Positions 9,778-19,661 of a stretch of 64,000 nt of DNA are shown here, piece after piece (position 1 is the stretch's first letter; the number at the start of each line of letters is the position of its first letter). Made by a program: the position numbers and the translations under genes. This DNA is from Leptonemataceae bacterium (lineage in GTDB: Bacteria; Spirochaetota; Leptospiria; Leptospirales; Leptonemataceae), in assembly GCA_965227295.1 (NCBI GenBank), contig OZ245742.1, positions 3,392,001 to 3,456,000 on the forward strand, in the 5' to 3' direction. The notes below the pieces were generated by a model. It had not been told where the DNA came from, ran no database searches, and saw only the letters and a list, made by a program, of their open reading frames with translations.

Positions 9778-10641
9778 TCACAATCCCTCAAAGTACGTTT
9801 TATCGTACATTAGCATGGCCTTCGATACGAGCGCCCACACCTCGTCATCCGTGCCGCCCATGCGGCGGCGGAACCAGAACGTGGCCGCGTGACCGCCGTC
9901 GAAGTTCAGATCGTAGTCGTCGTTCGTGTACTCGTCCTGGTGGATGTCCGCGAATCGCTCGCGCATGGCGAGACGATCGTAGCTTTGTTTCCCGGCGTAC
10001 TCCTGCGTGAGTTTTTCCAGGCGGCCGTCTTTTTGCAGATACACGTACGTCTTCGCCAGGATGCGTGCACTGCGACGCAACACACGATCGTAGATGTCCT
10101 GGTAACGCACCACGCCGTAGACGCTGTCGGTCGGCACGGGGACGAGGTTCTGTGCGGCCCAGCGAATGATGTCGGGATTGTAGTAATTGACGTCCCGGGA
10201 GTGTTCCTGGGAACCCTGGCGGGCCTGATAGAGGGGCAGATCCGCCAGTTCGGCCAGGGCCTTTTTGTATCCGCCGTAGGGGAGGGCCAGGTCCGACCGC
10301 AACGGAGCGCGTACGTTCGTGCCGGCCAGGTCTCCCATACATTGAAACCAGTGCACGTCGTAACGCAGGGTTTGCGCTCCGCCGAGAAACAGTCCGATGG
10401 CCTTGCCGCGATAGGTGAGGGGATCGGGTACGTTCTGGTCAAACATCCAGTTCGTGTCGACGTTCGCCATCATGCACGCGGCGAGAAAGGACAGTTCCCG
10501 GGGGGCCAGGCGCGAGCCCGCTTCCGCCACCGGCGGGAGGCGTGAACCGGAATCATTCAGAGCGCAGGACGTGAGGCCCACGGCAAAAATGACGAAACTG
10601 ATACACAGGCGCATGGCGTCGTTTACCATTATCGTGATCAA
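9778..10641 (-). CDS. hypothetical lipoprotein
   Basis: Signal with lipobox GLTSC; coding-like GC3 bias. Confidence 0.7.
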   Translation of the reverse strand: MITIMVNDAMRLCISFVIFAVGLTSCALNDSGSRLPPVAEAGSRLAPRELSFLAACMMANVDTNWMFDQNVPDPLTYRGKAIGLFLGGAQTLRYDVHWFQCMGDLAGTNVRAPLRSDLALPYGGYKKALAELADLPLYQARQGSQEHSRDVNYYNPDIIRWAAQNLVPVPTDSVYGVVRYQDIYDRVLRRSARILAKTYVYLQKDGRLEKLTQEYAGKQSYDRLAMRERFADIHQDEYTNDDYDLNFDGGHAATFWFRRRMGGTDDEVWALVSKAMLMYDKTYFEGL

Positions 10642-10710
10642 AAGTCACCTCATTCTCCCGATGTTTTTGGCTTGCAATATGGTAAATTTCCTTCGTATAC
10701 TGAAATTGTC

Positions 10711-11493
10711 ATGATCTCTTCCAATGCAAGCCGACGACAGCACCGGTTGCTCGTGCCCGGGACCGCGCTGGGGGCGGCACTCCTTACGGGCACACTCTTT
10801 CTCGGCGGTCCGCTGCGCGCGCAGGTGGAGAACCTCGACGACGTCGACGGCAAGTACGACGCCATGTCCGAATCGCTACGTGAGTGTCCCAATCGCGGGA
10901 ATCAGCCGAAGGCCGCCGACACCGGCGAACTCATCTTCTACTCCACGACCTGGGGCAACAACCCCCAGGAAGGCCAGTACCGTCAGGAAATGGAACGCTT
11001 GCTGAGCACCGAGGTAAAAAACGTAAAAGAAGCCATCCTCGATGTGGAGCAGAAGTTCAAGGAAATGGTCCGCGTCTTCCCGAACTACAAGGACAAGACC
11101 TACAAAGAAATCATTCTCGAAGATAAACCGGGCGTCTGGCGCGACGGGGTCTACGTAAACATCCTGAAGGTCATCGGCTTCCACTTCAAAGAGGACAAGA
11201 GCATCGATTGCGTCATCCTGGATTATCAAATTCGCAACATCCAGATCGAGAACCAGTGGACCCGCAAGCTCATGCGGCTCTATTACCCGAACATTCAGAC
11301 GGTGGAGCTGCTGACCATCCGCCACAACTATCAGATGGGCGGGACCCTGGAAAAGACGGCCCCGGAGATTCAGCTCCGGGCCCTGCGCACCTACTTCGCG
11401 GACGTCCGGGCCGCCATCTACGTCATGGACATGGAGATCGCGGCGTACTATGATCAACGCAACAAAGTCAATTCCTGGCAGATGGGCCTTTGA
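10711..11493 (+). CDS. exported protein, possibly FcpB-like (flagellar sheath)
   Basis: Sec signal ending LRA-Q; strong codon bias; E.ER.L...VRV.P segment recalls leptospiral FcpB (from memory, unverified). Confidence 0.5.
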   Translation: MISSNASRRQHRLLVPGTALGAALLTGTLFLGGPLRAQVENLDDVDGKYDAMSESLRECPNRGNQPKAADTGELIFYSTTWGNNPQEGQYRQEMERLLSTEVKNVKEAILDVEQKFKEMVRVFPNYKDKTYKEIILEDKPGVWRDGVYVNILKVIGFHFKEDKSIDCVILDYQIRNIQIENQWTRKLMRLYYPNIQTVELLTIRHNYQMGGTLEKTAPEIQLRALRTYFADVRAAIYVMDMEIAAYYDQRNKVNSWQMGL

Positions 11494-11955
11494 TTTTGAT
11501 GGTTGTGTAATACTTAAGGCTTAGTACGCAGCGTTGGTGCGACGCAGCATTTTCGAGATTATCTGGTTTTTCGTTAATTTATCATTTTTGATTGTCTGAT
11601 TCAGGAAATTTCCTTCGTCTCATTTCATCAAGATGAAGGAAGACGAACCAGTAGTAGATCTCGGACGCAAGCCCCGGCCGCCCCTCGAGTACATCGAGCT
11701 GATGATGAACACCTTTCTGCTGCACAAGTTTCGCGAGTGCGCACCGGCTCCCGGCAGCGTTTTCGGCGATTACGCCTCCATCGACTCCATGCATCGGAAC
11801 TGAGTCCGCCGTCATTCGCCTTGCTCGCGGGCCCGCTCCGGCCGCTCAGAAGGGGGCGGACAAACGCTTGCCGCCCCGGCCCCTCTCATTTTCCTGACCC
11901 TCAACCCGTCGGAGGCCCGTCTTCCGGCCGAATCCAGCGAATAGAGAGTGAGAGC

Positions 11956-12939
11956 ATGACGCATCCCAGTGAGGCATTATTCCCCGGCGAAAAAGAATTC
12001 CCCGTAATCGCCAGCTGCGAGCACTTCGCAGGCAACGAAAAGATGATTATGAAGGCCTTCGGCTTTCAGGACGAGAAGGGCCCGGTCTTCGACATTACCC
12101 AGGACTGCGAGGACGGCGCGCCCCAGGGTCAGGAAAAAGAGCACGCCGAAATGATCGTGCGCCTGACGAACTCCGAGCACAACAAGTTCGGCCAGGCCGG
12201 GGTGCGGATTCACGATTACTCCAATCAGTACTGGAAACAGGACGTGGACATCCTGGTCCCCGGCGCCGGCGAAAAACTCGCTTACATCACCATCCCGAAA
12301 CCCACGGCGGCATCTCAGGTCAAAGAGATGATCGAGTACATCCAGGCCGCGGCGCAAAAAGCCGGCCTGAAGCGCGAGATTCCCATTCACGTCCTGATCG
12401 AAACCCACGGCGCCCTGCGCGAAGTGGATCAGATCGCGTCTCTGCCCTGGATGCAGGTCCTGGACTTCGGTCTCATGGACTTTATTTCCGGCCACTTCGG
12501 CGCCATCCCGCTTTCGAACATGAAGTCGCCGGGCCAGTTCGATCACGAACTGCTGCGCCGCGCGAAGGCGAACATGGTGGCCACGGCGCTGAGCTACGGT
12601 GTCATCCCGGCCCACAACGTAACATTGGACCTCAAGAATTACGACCAGACCCTGGCCGATGCGAAGCGCGCGCGCTACGACTTCGGCTTCCTGCGCATGT
12701 GGTCCATTTACCCGACCCAGATCGACGCCATCGTCGAGGCCATGAAGCCGGACCTCTCGGAAGTCAAGAAGGGCGTCGACGTCCTCATCGCCGCGCAGGA
12801 CGCGAGCTGGGGGCCCATCCAGCACGACGGCGAACTGCATGACCGCGCGACCTACCGCGGTTTCTGGACGCTGGTGAAACGCGCGAAGACTACCGGCATC
12901 GATGTCGGACCGGAAGCCACGAAGCGCTGGTTTTCGTAG
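11956..12939 (+). CDS. HpcH/HpaI aldolase - citrate lyase beta (CitE-like) family protein
   Basis: DCEDGA, GVRI, IPK, LIET, DFGLMDF, MWSIYP.QI. Confidence 0.92.
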   Translation: MTHPSEALFPGEKEFPVIASCEHFAGNEKMIMKAFGFQDEKGPVFDITQDCEDGAPQGQEKEHAEMIVRLTNSEHNKFGQAGVRIHDYSNQYWKQDVDILVPGAGEKLAYITIPKPTAASQVKEMIEYIQAAAQKAGLKREIPIHVLIETHGALREVDQIASLPWMQVLDFGLMDFISGHFGAIPLSNMKSPGQFDHELLRRAKANMVATALSYGVIPAHNVTLDLKNYDQTLADAKRARYDFGFLRMWSIYPTQIDAIVEAMKPDLSEVKKGVDVLIAAQDASWGPIQHDGELHDRATYRGFWTLVKRAKTTGIDVGPEATKRWFS

Positions 12940-12996
12940 GGCGAGGGCGTCCTCTCTGAAGGCTTGAAGAAGCCTTAGTGAGGTTGAGAGATCGAG

Positions 12997-13028
12997 AGGG
13001 GAAGTCTGGTTGGGCTTCCCCTTTTTTG
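12997..13028 (+). terminator. rho-independent terminator
   Basis: AGGGGAAGTC-TGGTTG-GGCTTCCCCT followed by a T-run, downstream of the CitE-like stop. Confidence 0.8.
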
Positions 13029-13046
13029 TTGGTTGTTGGATTCTTC

Positions 13047-13170
13047 GCGTTAGGGATGCGCAGCATGGCGCGAAGCGCCAGTCCGGAGCGTAGCGGAGGA
13101 CCGCAGCGAAGCGGAGTGCGTAGCAGCCCGACGGCCCGCCGCCTCCACGGCGCGGCGGGCCGGAACGCTC
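13047..13170. repeat. structured repeat, family A copy 1 (Flavo-1-like)
   Basis: GCGTTAGGGATGCGCAG..TGGCGC-GAA-GCGCCA-GTCCGGAGCG.AGCGGAGGAC..GCAGCCCG..CGCTC; shared with 32754-32906 and 59154-59365. Confidence 0.85.
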
Positions 13171-13221
13171 AAATGAAAATCACCTTGTAATTCCCACAGT
13201 GCGTGTCAGATTTTTCCTACC

Positions 13222-13725
13222 ATGATCGTCACCGAAGTCGACATTCAGATTCAGCGCGACCTCGCGGACGTGTTCGGCTATGTCGCCGACATGCGGAACC
13301 TGGCGCAGTGGGGCGAGGGCATCGGCAAGAGCGAACTGATCAGCGGCGAGGCCGGGAGTGCCGGGGCGGTGTATCGCTGCCACATGGGCGGTTTGCCCGT
13401 GGCCGCGTTTACCGGCGACTATGCCATCATCGAATGCACACGGCCGGGAGAACGGGGCGGCCTGATCGCTCGCTGCGCGACGACGTTTCTTGAGTTCGAA
13501 GATAGCTACGTGTTTACGGAGCGGGACGGCGGCACGCACGTGAGCATTACCGATCGTCTGCGATTGATCGGGCCGGCGGAGCGGATCGGCATTACGCAAC
13601 TGCCGGTGATCGACTGGTTTCACGAGCGCATCGAAGACGGGGTCGAGGCCGCCGTGGCGCCGGCGGTGCGGGCGCAGATCGAGAAAGACGTCGCGAATTT
13701 GAAACAGTTACTGGAATCATCTTAA
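13222..13725 (+). CDS. SRPBCC/polyketide cyclase family protein
   Basis: I.I.R....VF.YVAD..N...W N-terminus; terminal helix D.ANLK.LLES. Confidence 0.85.
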   Translation: MIVTEVDIQIQRDLADVFGYVADMRNLAQWGEGIGKSELISGEAGSAGAVYRCHMGGLPVAAFTGDYAIIECTRPGERGGLIARCATTFLEFEDSYVFTERDGGTHVSITDRLRLIGPAERIGITQLPVIDWFHERIEDGVEAAVAPAVRAQIEKDVANLKQLLESS

Positions 13726-13729
13726 GCTT

Positions 13730-14767
13730 ATGCAGGGCGATCTACTCACCTGGCCGGAGCCCGGCACCGCGCTCATTACCCTCGGCGTGGTGTTTGTTGT
13801 GCTCGTGCTCGTCGTTTTTTTTCTGACGCGCTGGATGTACCTGCGCCGCGGGCAGCGGGAAGCGCGCTGGACCGTGGTGATGCAGTACGCGTTGAAGCAT
13901 CGCCTGGGCGGAAGTGACCTGCGTTTGCTGCGCCGATTCTACGATACTCTCGGCGAAGATGAGAGCATGCAGATCGTAAACAGCAAGCGTTTGTTTCACG
14001 CGAAGTTGCACGATTTCCTGGCGCGGGATGATATCGGCACGCAGCATCGGGATCGAGTACGCATTCTCGATTCGCTCTTCCCGGCCGCGGACTTTCAAGT
14101 GGAGGTGAAGGCCCTGCGCGATCTCCAGGCCGGCGAGGCGTGCAGCCTGGAGTTCGACGGTGAGACCCATCTGGCAACGATCGTCAAACAGCGCGATGAG
14201 GATCTGTGGATCTCGCTGCCGGGCTGGGAGCCGACGCGGGATCTTACGAACACGGCGGCGTACGTATACGTCTTTCGCCAGAACGTCGGCGGTTTTTTGC
14301 TCGAAGGCCGGTTGCTGCGAGTCGGTAAGGGCGTGGCGGTGTTCGGCAACGTGAGCAAAATCTCCTCGCACGGCAATCAGCATCTTATGGCGGAGATCGA
14401 AGTGCCGCTGCATTTTACGCCGTGGCCGCCCTTGCCGTCGCCCGGGGAATCTTCCGGAGACAAAGAGGCAGGCCCGCGCGAACCGGTGGTGTTGCGCGGC
14501 ATGTCGAAGTTGGTTTCAGATCGGGCGCTGTTGTTCTTTTTCGAAGAGGACATGCCCGATCCCTTTCATTTGCTGGAGCGCTCCGGCGAGATGTGGGAAC
14601 TGGACATGACTTTGCCGCGCGGTTACGAATTCCAGTGCCGCGGCGCGATTGTACCCGGCAGCCGCGGGCGGTTCTTGTTTAAGTATGTCGACGCCACGGA
14701 AGCGCAACGGCGGCGGATCTTCGATGAGATCAAACACGCCGGTGCGAAACGAGAACGCCTGGTGTGA
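13730..14767 (+). CDS. hypothetical single-pass membrane protein (possible PilZ/YcgR-like beta domains)
   Basis: N-terminal TM helix; 345-aa ORF 4 nt after the SRPBCC stop. Confidence 0.6.
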   Translation: MQGDLLTWPEPGTALITLGVVFVVLVLVVFFLTRWMYLRRGQREARWTVVMQYALKHRLGGSDLRLLRRFYDTLGEDESMQIVNSKRLFHAKLHDFLARDDIGTQHRDRVRILDSLFPAADFQVEVKALRDLQAGEACSLEFDGETHLATIVKQRDEDLWISLPGWEPTRDLTNTAAYVYVFRQNVGGFLLEGRLLRVGKGVAVFGNVSKISSHGNQHLMAEIEVPLHFTPWPPLPSPGESSGDKEAGPREPVVLRGMSKLVSDRALLFFFEEDMPDPFHLLERSGEMWELDMTLPRGYEFQCRGAIVPGSRGRFLFKYVDATEAQRRRIFDEIKHAGAKRERLV

Positions 14768-14829
14768 TGATTTGCCGCAGAGACACAGAGAATACAGTTG
14801 TGGTTGGGTGAATGATGGGTCGATGGGAA

Positions 14830-15135
14830 TTACGAGGCTGCCGGCTCGCGGAATTTTTTGATGGTCTTCAGTTCTTTCGATAGCTCGCGCTCTTTCTGTT
14901 CCAGATCGTAGTGCGCCTGGATGTTCAGCCAGAACTGCGCGGAGTTACCGAAGAATCGTGAAAATCGCAGCGCGGTGTCGGCCGTGATGGCTCGCTTGCC
15001 CTTGATGATTTCGCTGATGCGCTTTTGATCGATGCGGGTTTCTTTCGCGAGTCGATACGGCGTGAGGTCCATGGGAAGAAGGAAGTCTTCTTGCAGGATT
15101 TCCCCGGGATGAATGTCGGCGAGTTTTTTGTTCAT
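14830..15135 (-). CDS. higA: HigA antitoxin (XRE HTH)
   Basis: IHPGEIL.EDFL, RISEI.KGKRAITADTALR, FWLN.Q..YDL. Confidence 0.95.
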   Translation of the reverse strand: MNKKLADIHPGEILQEDFLLPMDLTPYRLAKETRIDQKRISEIIKGKRAITADTALRFSRFFGNSAQFWLNIQAHYDLEQKERELSKELKTIKKFREPAAS

Positions 15136-15150
15136 GGGTGACTCGATGCG

Positions 15151-15432
15151 CTAATGATAGTCTACGATTTCGACGTAGTGGGCGTTGCCATTTTGCCAGC
15201 GGAAACAAATCCGCCACTGCATATTTACGCTGATACTGTGTTGTCCTTGCCGATCACCACTCAAGGCATGGAGGCGATTACTCCGGGGAATGCGCAAATC
15301 TTCCAGCGAGATTGCTCCGTCGAGGACAATTAGCTTGCGTCTCGCCGTTCGCTGAATATTGACCGGGAGCTTGCGCGATAGGGCGCCGTTCCAGATCTTT
15401 TCCGTTTCGGCGTCGGCGAATGACGCAATCAC
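15151..15432 (-). CDS. higB: HigB toxin (RelE/ParE, plasmid-maintenance-killer type)
   Basis: MI.SF.D.ETE, DLRIP..NRL..L.GDR.GQHSI.VN.QWRICF.W, VEIVDYH. Confidence 0.95.
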   Translation of the reverse strand: MIASFADAETEKIWNGALSRKLPVNIQRTARRKLIVLDGAISLEDLRIPRSNRLHALSGDRQGQHSISVNMQWRICFRWQNGNAHYVEIVDYH

Positions 15433-15437
15433 CCCGC

Positions 15438-15472
15438 ATAGTGGTGTCGTGCACTAATGGTGTCAAGCACTA
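15438..15472 (-). promoter_or_regulatory. higBA sigma70-type promoter with two tandem imperfect-palindrome operators
   Basis: Minus strand TTGACA (15461-15466), 17 nt, CACTAT (15438-15443); overlapping TAGTG-N8-CACTA (15439-15456) and TAATG-N8-CACTA (15455-15472). Confidence 0.7.
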
Positions 15473-15609
15473 TTAGGTAAGGCATGCCAGGACATCCTCA
15501 CGATCCAGGGCGGGATATCTTAACCGATAATCGCTGCCGGTCCAGCGCAAAAGGATTACGGGACCACCGGTTCGCGGTATGCTTTGAAGCTTCACGAGCA
15601 GGACCCCGT

Positions 15610-17298
15610 TCACTTCCCGTAAATGCTCCCCGGATAACCTTCCGGAACCTTCACCCGAAAGTGCAGGCGCACGTTCTTCTTTTGCCGCGGCGCGAGTTTG
15701 ATTTCCCATTTCAGAATTCCGGTGTTCTCGTCGTTGTTTTCGAAGGCATAACCGCCCGTCGTATCGCCGAGAATCTCCACCTGGACCTCTTCGACATCCG
15801 AAACCGGCACGCGTTCATACACGACGATCGTGCGCGCTTCATCGCTGCGGTTCGTCACGTCGACGTTGATGTCGGTATGATCAAAGCGCCCCGAGGACAG
15901 CGTGCCGGCGGACTTGCGGAAGTTGCGGACGTTGCGTTCGACCCCGGTGCTGCGATCCACGCCGAAGCCGACATCGAAGCGTGAACCAGAAGGCGTGTAA
16001 TCGATTTGCGAACGACCGGTGAAACCGCTGCCCCGGTAAGCGTCCGCGGCACCGGCGAGCAACGGAAAGTCGCGGCCGTTTTTCAGGCGTGCGGCCAGAT
16101 GCGCCGTGCGTTGCAGGCCGGGGACGACCCGATAGTACAACAGCTCCGGACGCTCCGAGAAACGCGCAATGGTTACGCGCCGTCCGCGTTGGTCCGACGG
16201 CGCCGTGACCTTACCGGGAATCTGAAAGATCAACGACTCGCCGCCGGCGTTGTCTTCGACGGATGCGAAACCGCCGGTTTCTCCGCCGCCTTCGCCCGGT
16301 TCCGGCTCTTCGTTTAGTACGGCCACGGATTGTTCGCTTTCCACGTAACTTTCGCGAACGTTGCCGACTTCCCGCGCTGCAATGTAGAGCGGCGTGATGG
16401 ACGCGCGCCGGGCGCCGCGGGCGGGGCGCGCCGTGGAGAGGCTTAACTTCACATTATTCCAATCTTCGCCGGTCTCCTGTTTGACGTCGCCGTAGTAGGC
16501 GACCTGGACTTTGCCGTCGTCCTCGAGGTAGACGCCGTAAGCGGTGGACCAGGAAGCGCCGGTGATCACATAGCTGAACGAAACGTTCAGGTCGCGGCTT
16601 TGTTTGATGCTGCTCACGACGATTTCGACGACGCGGTACTCCCGGCGCGCGCGGGAACGCAGGTCCTCGATGCGGCTCTGGACGATCTGCATCTCTTCGT
16701 CGATGCGGGCGCGCTGTTCTTCGGCGGCCTGGAGTTCGCGTTTCGTCTTAAGGCGGCGCTCGCTCAGAAACGAAAGAGCCCCGCCCCATTTTTGGCTGTC
16801 GCTGTCGCCGGCCGCCGCGGAGTTTTCGGAAATGGCCCGGGATAGATACGCCGCGTAGCGCTCGATGCCGGCCAGGTCTTCGCGCGATCGCAGCGCCGTC
16901 TTCAGCGCTGCGTCGCGACGTTCTTCTAAGGTATCGCGCTGCGTTTCGAGCTCCTTCAGCTTCGGATCGTTGGGGCCGTTGCGCCGCTCGATGTACGAGG
17001 TCACACCCTGGATGACGACGTCCCGCGTTTTTGCGTGGGCCCGCAGCGAGTTCGGATCCAGTTTGATGCCGGCGTTCGTAAAGCGCAGCACGTGACGCCC
17101 CGGTTTCAGGCCGGCCTCGATGACCCCGGCACGCGTGACGAGCGCGCGATCCGGATAGACCAGCACCTCCCGGATGGGCGGACTGAAGTCGGTGACGGCC
17201 TCCCGGTTGCCCGCAAAGTTTGCAGGAGTAAAAGTTAGCGAGGCGCCGATAAGCAAAACGGCGGCGAGAATGGGACGGGTGTGGTTGTGTTGTTTCAT
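15610..17298 (-). CDS. DUF4140/DUF4139 (MuiA-like) exported protein
   Basis: V.VYPDRALVTR, coiled coil, Y....ASW...Y, Q.TGEDW..V.L.LSTA.P, G.L.W. Confidence 0.88.
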   Translation of the reverse strand: MKQHNHTRPILAAVLLIGASLTFTPANFAGNREAVTDFSPPIREVLVYPDRALVTRAGVIEAGLKPGRHVLRFTNAGIKLDPNSLRAHAKTRDVVIQGVTSYIERRNGPNDPKLKELETQRDTLEERRDAALKTALRSREDLAGIERYAAYLSRAISENSAAAGDSDSQKWGGALSFLSERRLKTKRELQAAEEQRARIDEEMQIVQSRIEDLRSRARREYRVVEIVVSSIKQSRDLNVSFSYVITGASWSTAYGVYLEDDGKVQVAYYGDVKQETGEDWNNVKLSLSTARPARGARRASITPLYIAAREVGNVRESYVESEQSVAVLNEEPEPGEGGGETGGFASVEDNAGGESLIFQIPGKVTAPSDQRGRRVTIARFSERPELLYYRVVPGLQRTAHLAARLKNGRDFPLLAGAADAYRGSGFTGRSQIDYTPSGSRFDVGFGVDRSTGVERNVRNFRKSAGTLSSGRFDHTDINVDVTNRSDEARTIVVYERVPVSDVEEVQVEILGDTTGGYAFENNDENTGILKWEIKLAPRQKKNVRLHFRVKVPEGYPGSIYGK

Positions 17299-17329
17299 GA
17301 TGATTCAATCCTCGGGATGACGGCGTTGA

Positions 17330-19435
17330 TTACCAGCGCGGGCCTCCGCGTTCGTAGAAGGAGGGCAGGACGCCCTCGGGGTGGCTGACGGTATAACGCA
17401 CGATGATCTTGCGCTCCTCGCCGGGTTGCAGCTTCAGGCGAAAGCGCAGCAGGCCGGCCTTTTCGTGGCGCTCGGCCGCCATGGGTTCGATGCTCACGTC
17501 GGAGACCTTTACGCGCTCGTCGTTGCTTACGGGCAGGCGATCGAAGACGTCCAGCTCGGTGGCGCTGCGCCGGCGGTTTTTGACGGTGATGGTCACCGTG
17601 TGTTTGTATACGTAAGACGTGCTCAGTATGCCGCTTTTCTCGCGGTATTTATCCTCGGTGCGGCTGAGGCTGATGTCCTCGTTCGCTCCCAGGTGCAGCG
17701 GGAAGGGCTCTTTTTTGGAGACATCTTTCAACAGGGCCTCGCCGACGTAGTCGCGATCGTGAAAGACGGAGACCGGTCCTTCCAGGAGCGGCGTCTCTTC
17801 GGTGTAACGTACGCGGCCGGTCAGAAAGGCGAACGGTTGCTTCAGTGGTGTGGCCTCGTAGAGCAGATCGGCGCTGAGATCTTTTTCGTAGAGATAGGTC
17901 TTTCGAAAGGCGCCGTCGGAACTTACGTCTTCGGTATTGCGCGCGACGTAGCGATGGTCGTAGCCCCGGGCGGAGCGCGACGGCGGCACCAGGCGCGCGA
18001 TCAGGGCGCGGTTCTCCTGCATTTCCAGAGAGCGGCGCTTGATCTTTTCGGAGCGGCGCTGTTCATCGGTGAAGTGTTTCTGGTACCGCGGACTGAGCGC
18101 GCCGATGTTCTCGATGACGTTTTCGCTGTAGCGCAGGGCGTCGTCGAAGTCGCCGCGTTCCAGGGCCCGGTCGCGGTTGCTTATGTTCTGTTCAAAATCA
18201 CTTAAGAGCTTTTGCGTGGTGTCGGATTTCTTGCGGGCCTTTTCTTCTTTGATGTCCGCGAAGTTCTTTGTGTAGTAATCCTTCGAGCGACTGCGTTGTT
18301 GGTTCAGGCTCTCCTGGCGGCGTTGGGCGGCCGGGGCCAGGGGTTCGTTGGCGATTTCCTGGACCGGCATCTCGTCCGCTTCTTCCCGGGCGGACGCGAA
18401 GTCGTCGGAGGCGCCGGAGCTTACGTCGCCGTAGTTCGTTTTGTCCGCGAGGCTGCCGCGACGTTCGCTTTCCGCGGCTTCTTCGAGTTTCGCGCCGATG
18501 CGCCAGGCCCGCAGGGAAAGCAGCCGCGCCGATTCTTCCGGATCCGCGGCGGAGAAAGTCATACGCACGTTGTCCCAGTCCTCGCCGGTTTCGTTGCGCA
18601 CGAGGGCGTAGGCGATCAGACGCAGCTTCGCCTGGCTGCCGGCACTACGCTCCACGCGCGCGCCGTAGACCGGAAACCACGCGGCGTTGCCGATGCGATA
18701 GTTCAATCGCAGACGCACGTCGGCCTCGCGTTCGCTGTCCACCTGGATTGTTACGCGTTTGCGTTCGTAGGATTTCGCGGAGCGGTAGCGTTCGGCGACG
18801 AAGAGGGCCACACTCAGTTCTTCGCGCGCGTCGTCGATTTTTCCGAGCAGCGTACGGGTGCGGTCGTGATTGTTCTTAAGTGATGTTTGCAAGAAGTCAA
18901 GGGTCTGTTGCCAGGCCCGCGGGTCCAGGGTGAAGGTCGGGGCCTCGCCGTTTTTCGGATTCGGCACGGTGCCCGGCTGAATGCCGCGCAGCATCTTCTC
19001 TTCTTCGCGGAGGGCGGCGTATTCATCGCTGAGTCGGCGTAAATGCGATTCGGCCTCGCGCAACAGTACCTCGGCCTCGCGGGCTTCCTCGCTCAGATAA
19101 CGTTGTTCGTGGACGCTTTCGACTTCGATCTCGCGGATTTTCAGGCCGTCCTTCTTGCCGTCGGTGTACTCGAGGACGGCGCGTACTGAATCGCCGAAGA
19201 GGGAGCCGGGCAGATCGTCGATGATGAGCCGGCTTTCGCCGCGTTTCAACCGGGCGTCCCCGGCGCGCTCCACCAGGGCCTGGTCGCTGTAGACCTGGAC
19301 TTCGCGGATCGGGAAGGGGTGGGGCTGCGTGCCGGCGCCCGCCGGGGCGTTTTCGATGGAGAGCAGCGGCGGGGCCAGGGCCAGAGACAGGAGGATCGCC
19401 GTGAGGGAATGAATGCGAAGGCGGTGTGATTGCAT
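17330..19435 (-). CDS. DUF4140/DUF4139 (MuiA-like) exported protein, long paralogue
   Basis: V.VYSD.A.V.R, N.TGEDW.NV, LL.GPV..F....YVG, D.LPVS; extra helical insertion. Confidence 0.88.
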   Translation of the reverse strand: MQSHRLRIHSLTAILLSLALAPPLLSIENAPAGAGTQPHPFPIREVQVYSDQALVERAGDARLKRGESRLIIDDLPGSLFGDSVRAVLEYTDGKKDGLKIREIEVESVHEQRYLSEEAREAEVLLREAESHLRRLSDEYAALREEEKMLRGIQPGTVPNPKNGEAPTFTLDPRAWQQTLDFLQTSLKNNHDRTRTLLGKIDDAREELSVALFVAERYRSAKSYERKRVTIQVDSEREADVRLRLNYRIGNAAWFPVYGARVERSAGSQAKLRLIAYALVRNETGEDWDNVRMTFSAADPEESARLLSLRAWRIGAKLEEAAESERRGSLADKTNYGDVSSGASDDFASAREEADEMPVQEIANEPLAPAAQRRQESLNQQRSRSKDYYTKNFADIKEEKARKKSDTTQKLLSDFEQNISNRDRALERGDFDDALRYSENVIENIGALSPRYQKHFTDEQRRSEKIKRRSLEMQENRALIARLVPPSRSARGYDHRYVARNTEDVSSDGAFRKTYLYEKDLSADLLYEATPLKQPFAFLTGRVRYTEETPLLEGPVSVFHDRDYVGEALLKDVSKKEPFPLHLGANEDISLSRTEDKYREKSGILSTSYVYKHTVTITVKNRRRSATELDVFDRLPVSNDERVKVSDVSIEPMAAERHEKAGLLRFRLKLQPGEERKIIVRYTVSHPEGVLPSFYERGGPRW

Positions 19436-19661
19436 GATTGTACTCGTGTGCGTAAGTGTCGTGTTAGAGCAATGTTCGGGTGATTTCGTTCATTTCGGGA
19501 AGCGAAAAATCTCCGGAAGAGTGAACCACAGAGGCACCGAGGTCACCGGGGAAAATCCGACCGCCGCCGGAGGCAAAGGGCGCCGTCCTTATGAGTGCCG
19601 ACTCATGATCTTCCTCCGGTTGACGTTGCGGCTAAAGATTCTTTTCGTGTAATTTGAGATT

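Noticed and set aside
11494..11815. AT-rich spacer with a 77-aa minus-strand ORF
   Set aside because: No recognisable motif, RBS or structure; it could be a remnant but this is unsupported
13047..13170. Family-A repeat as a tRNA, riboswitch or self-cleaving ribozyme
   Set aside because: No cloverleaf/T-loop or hammerhead core, and no consistent position relative to downstream genes across the three copies
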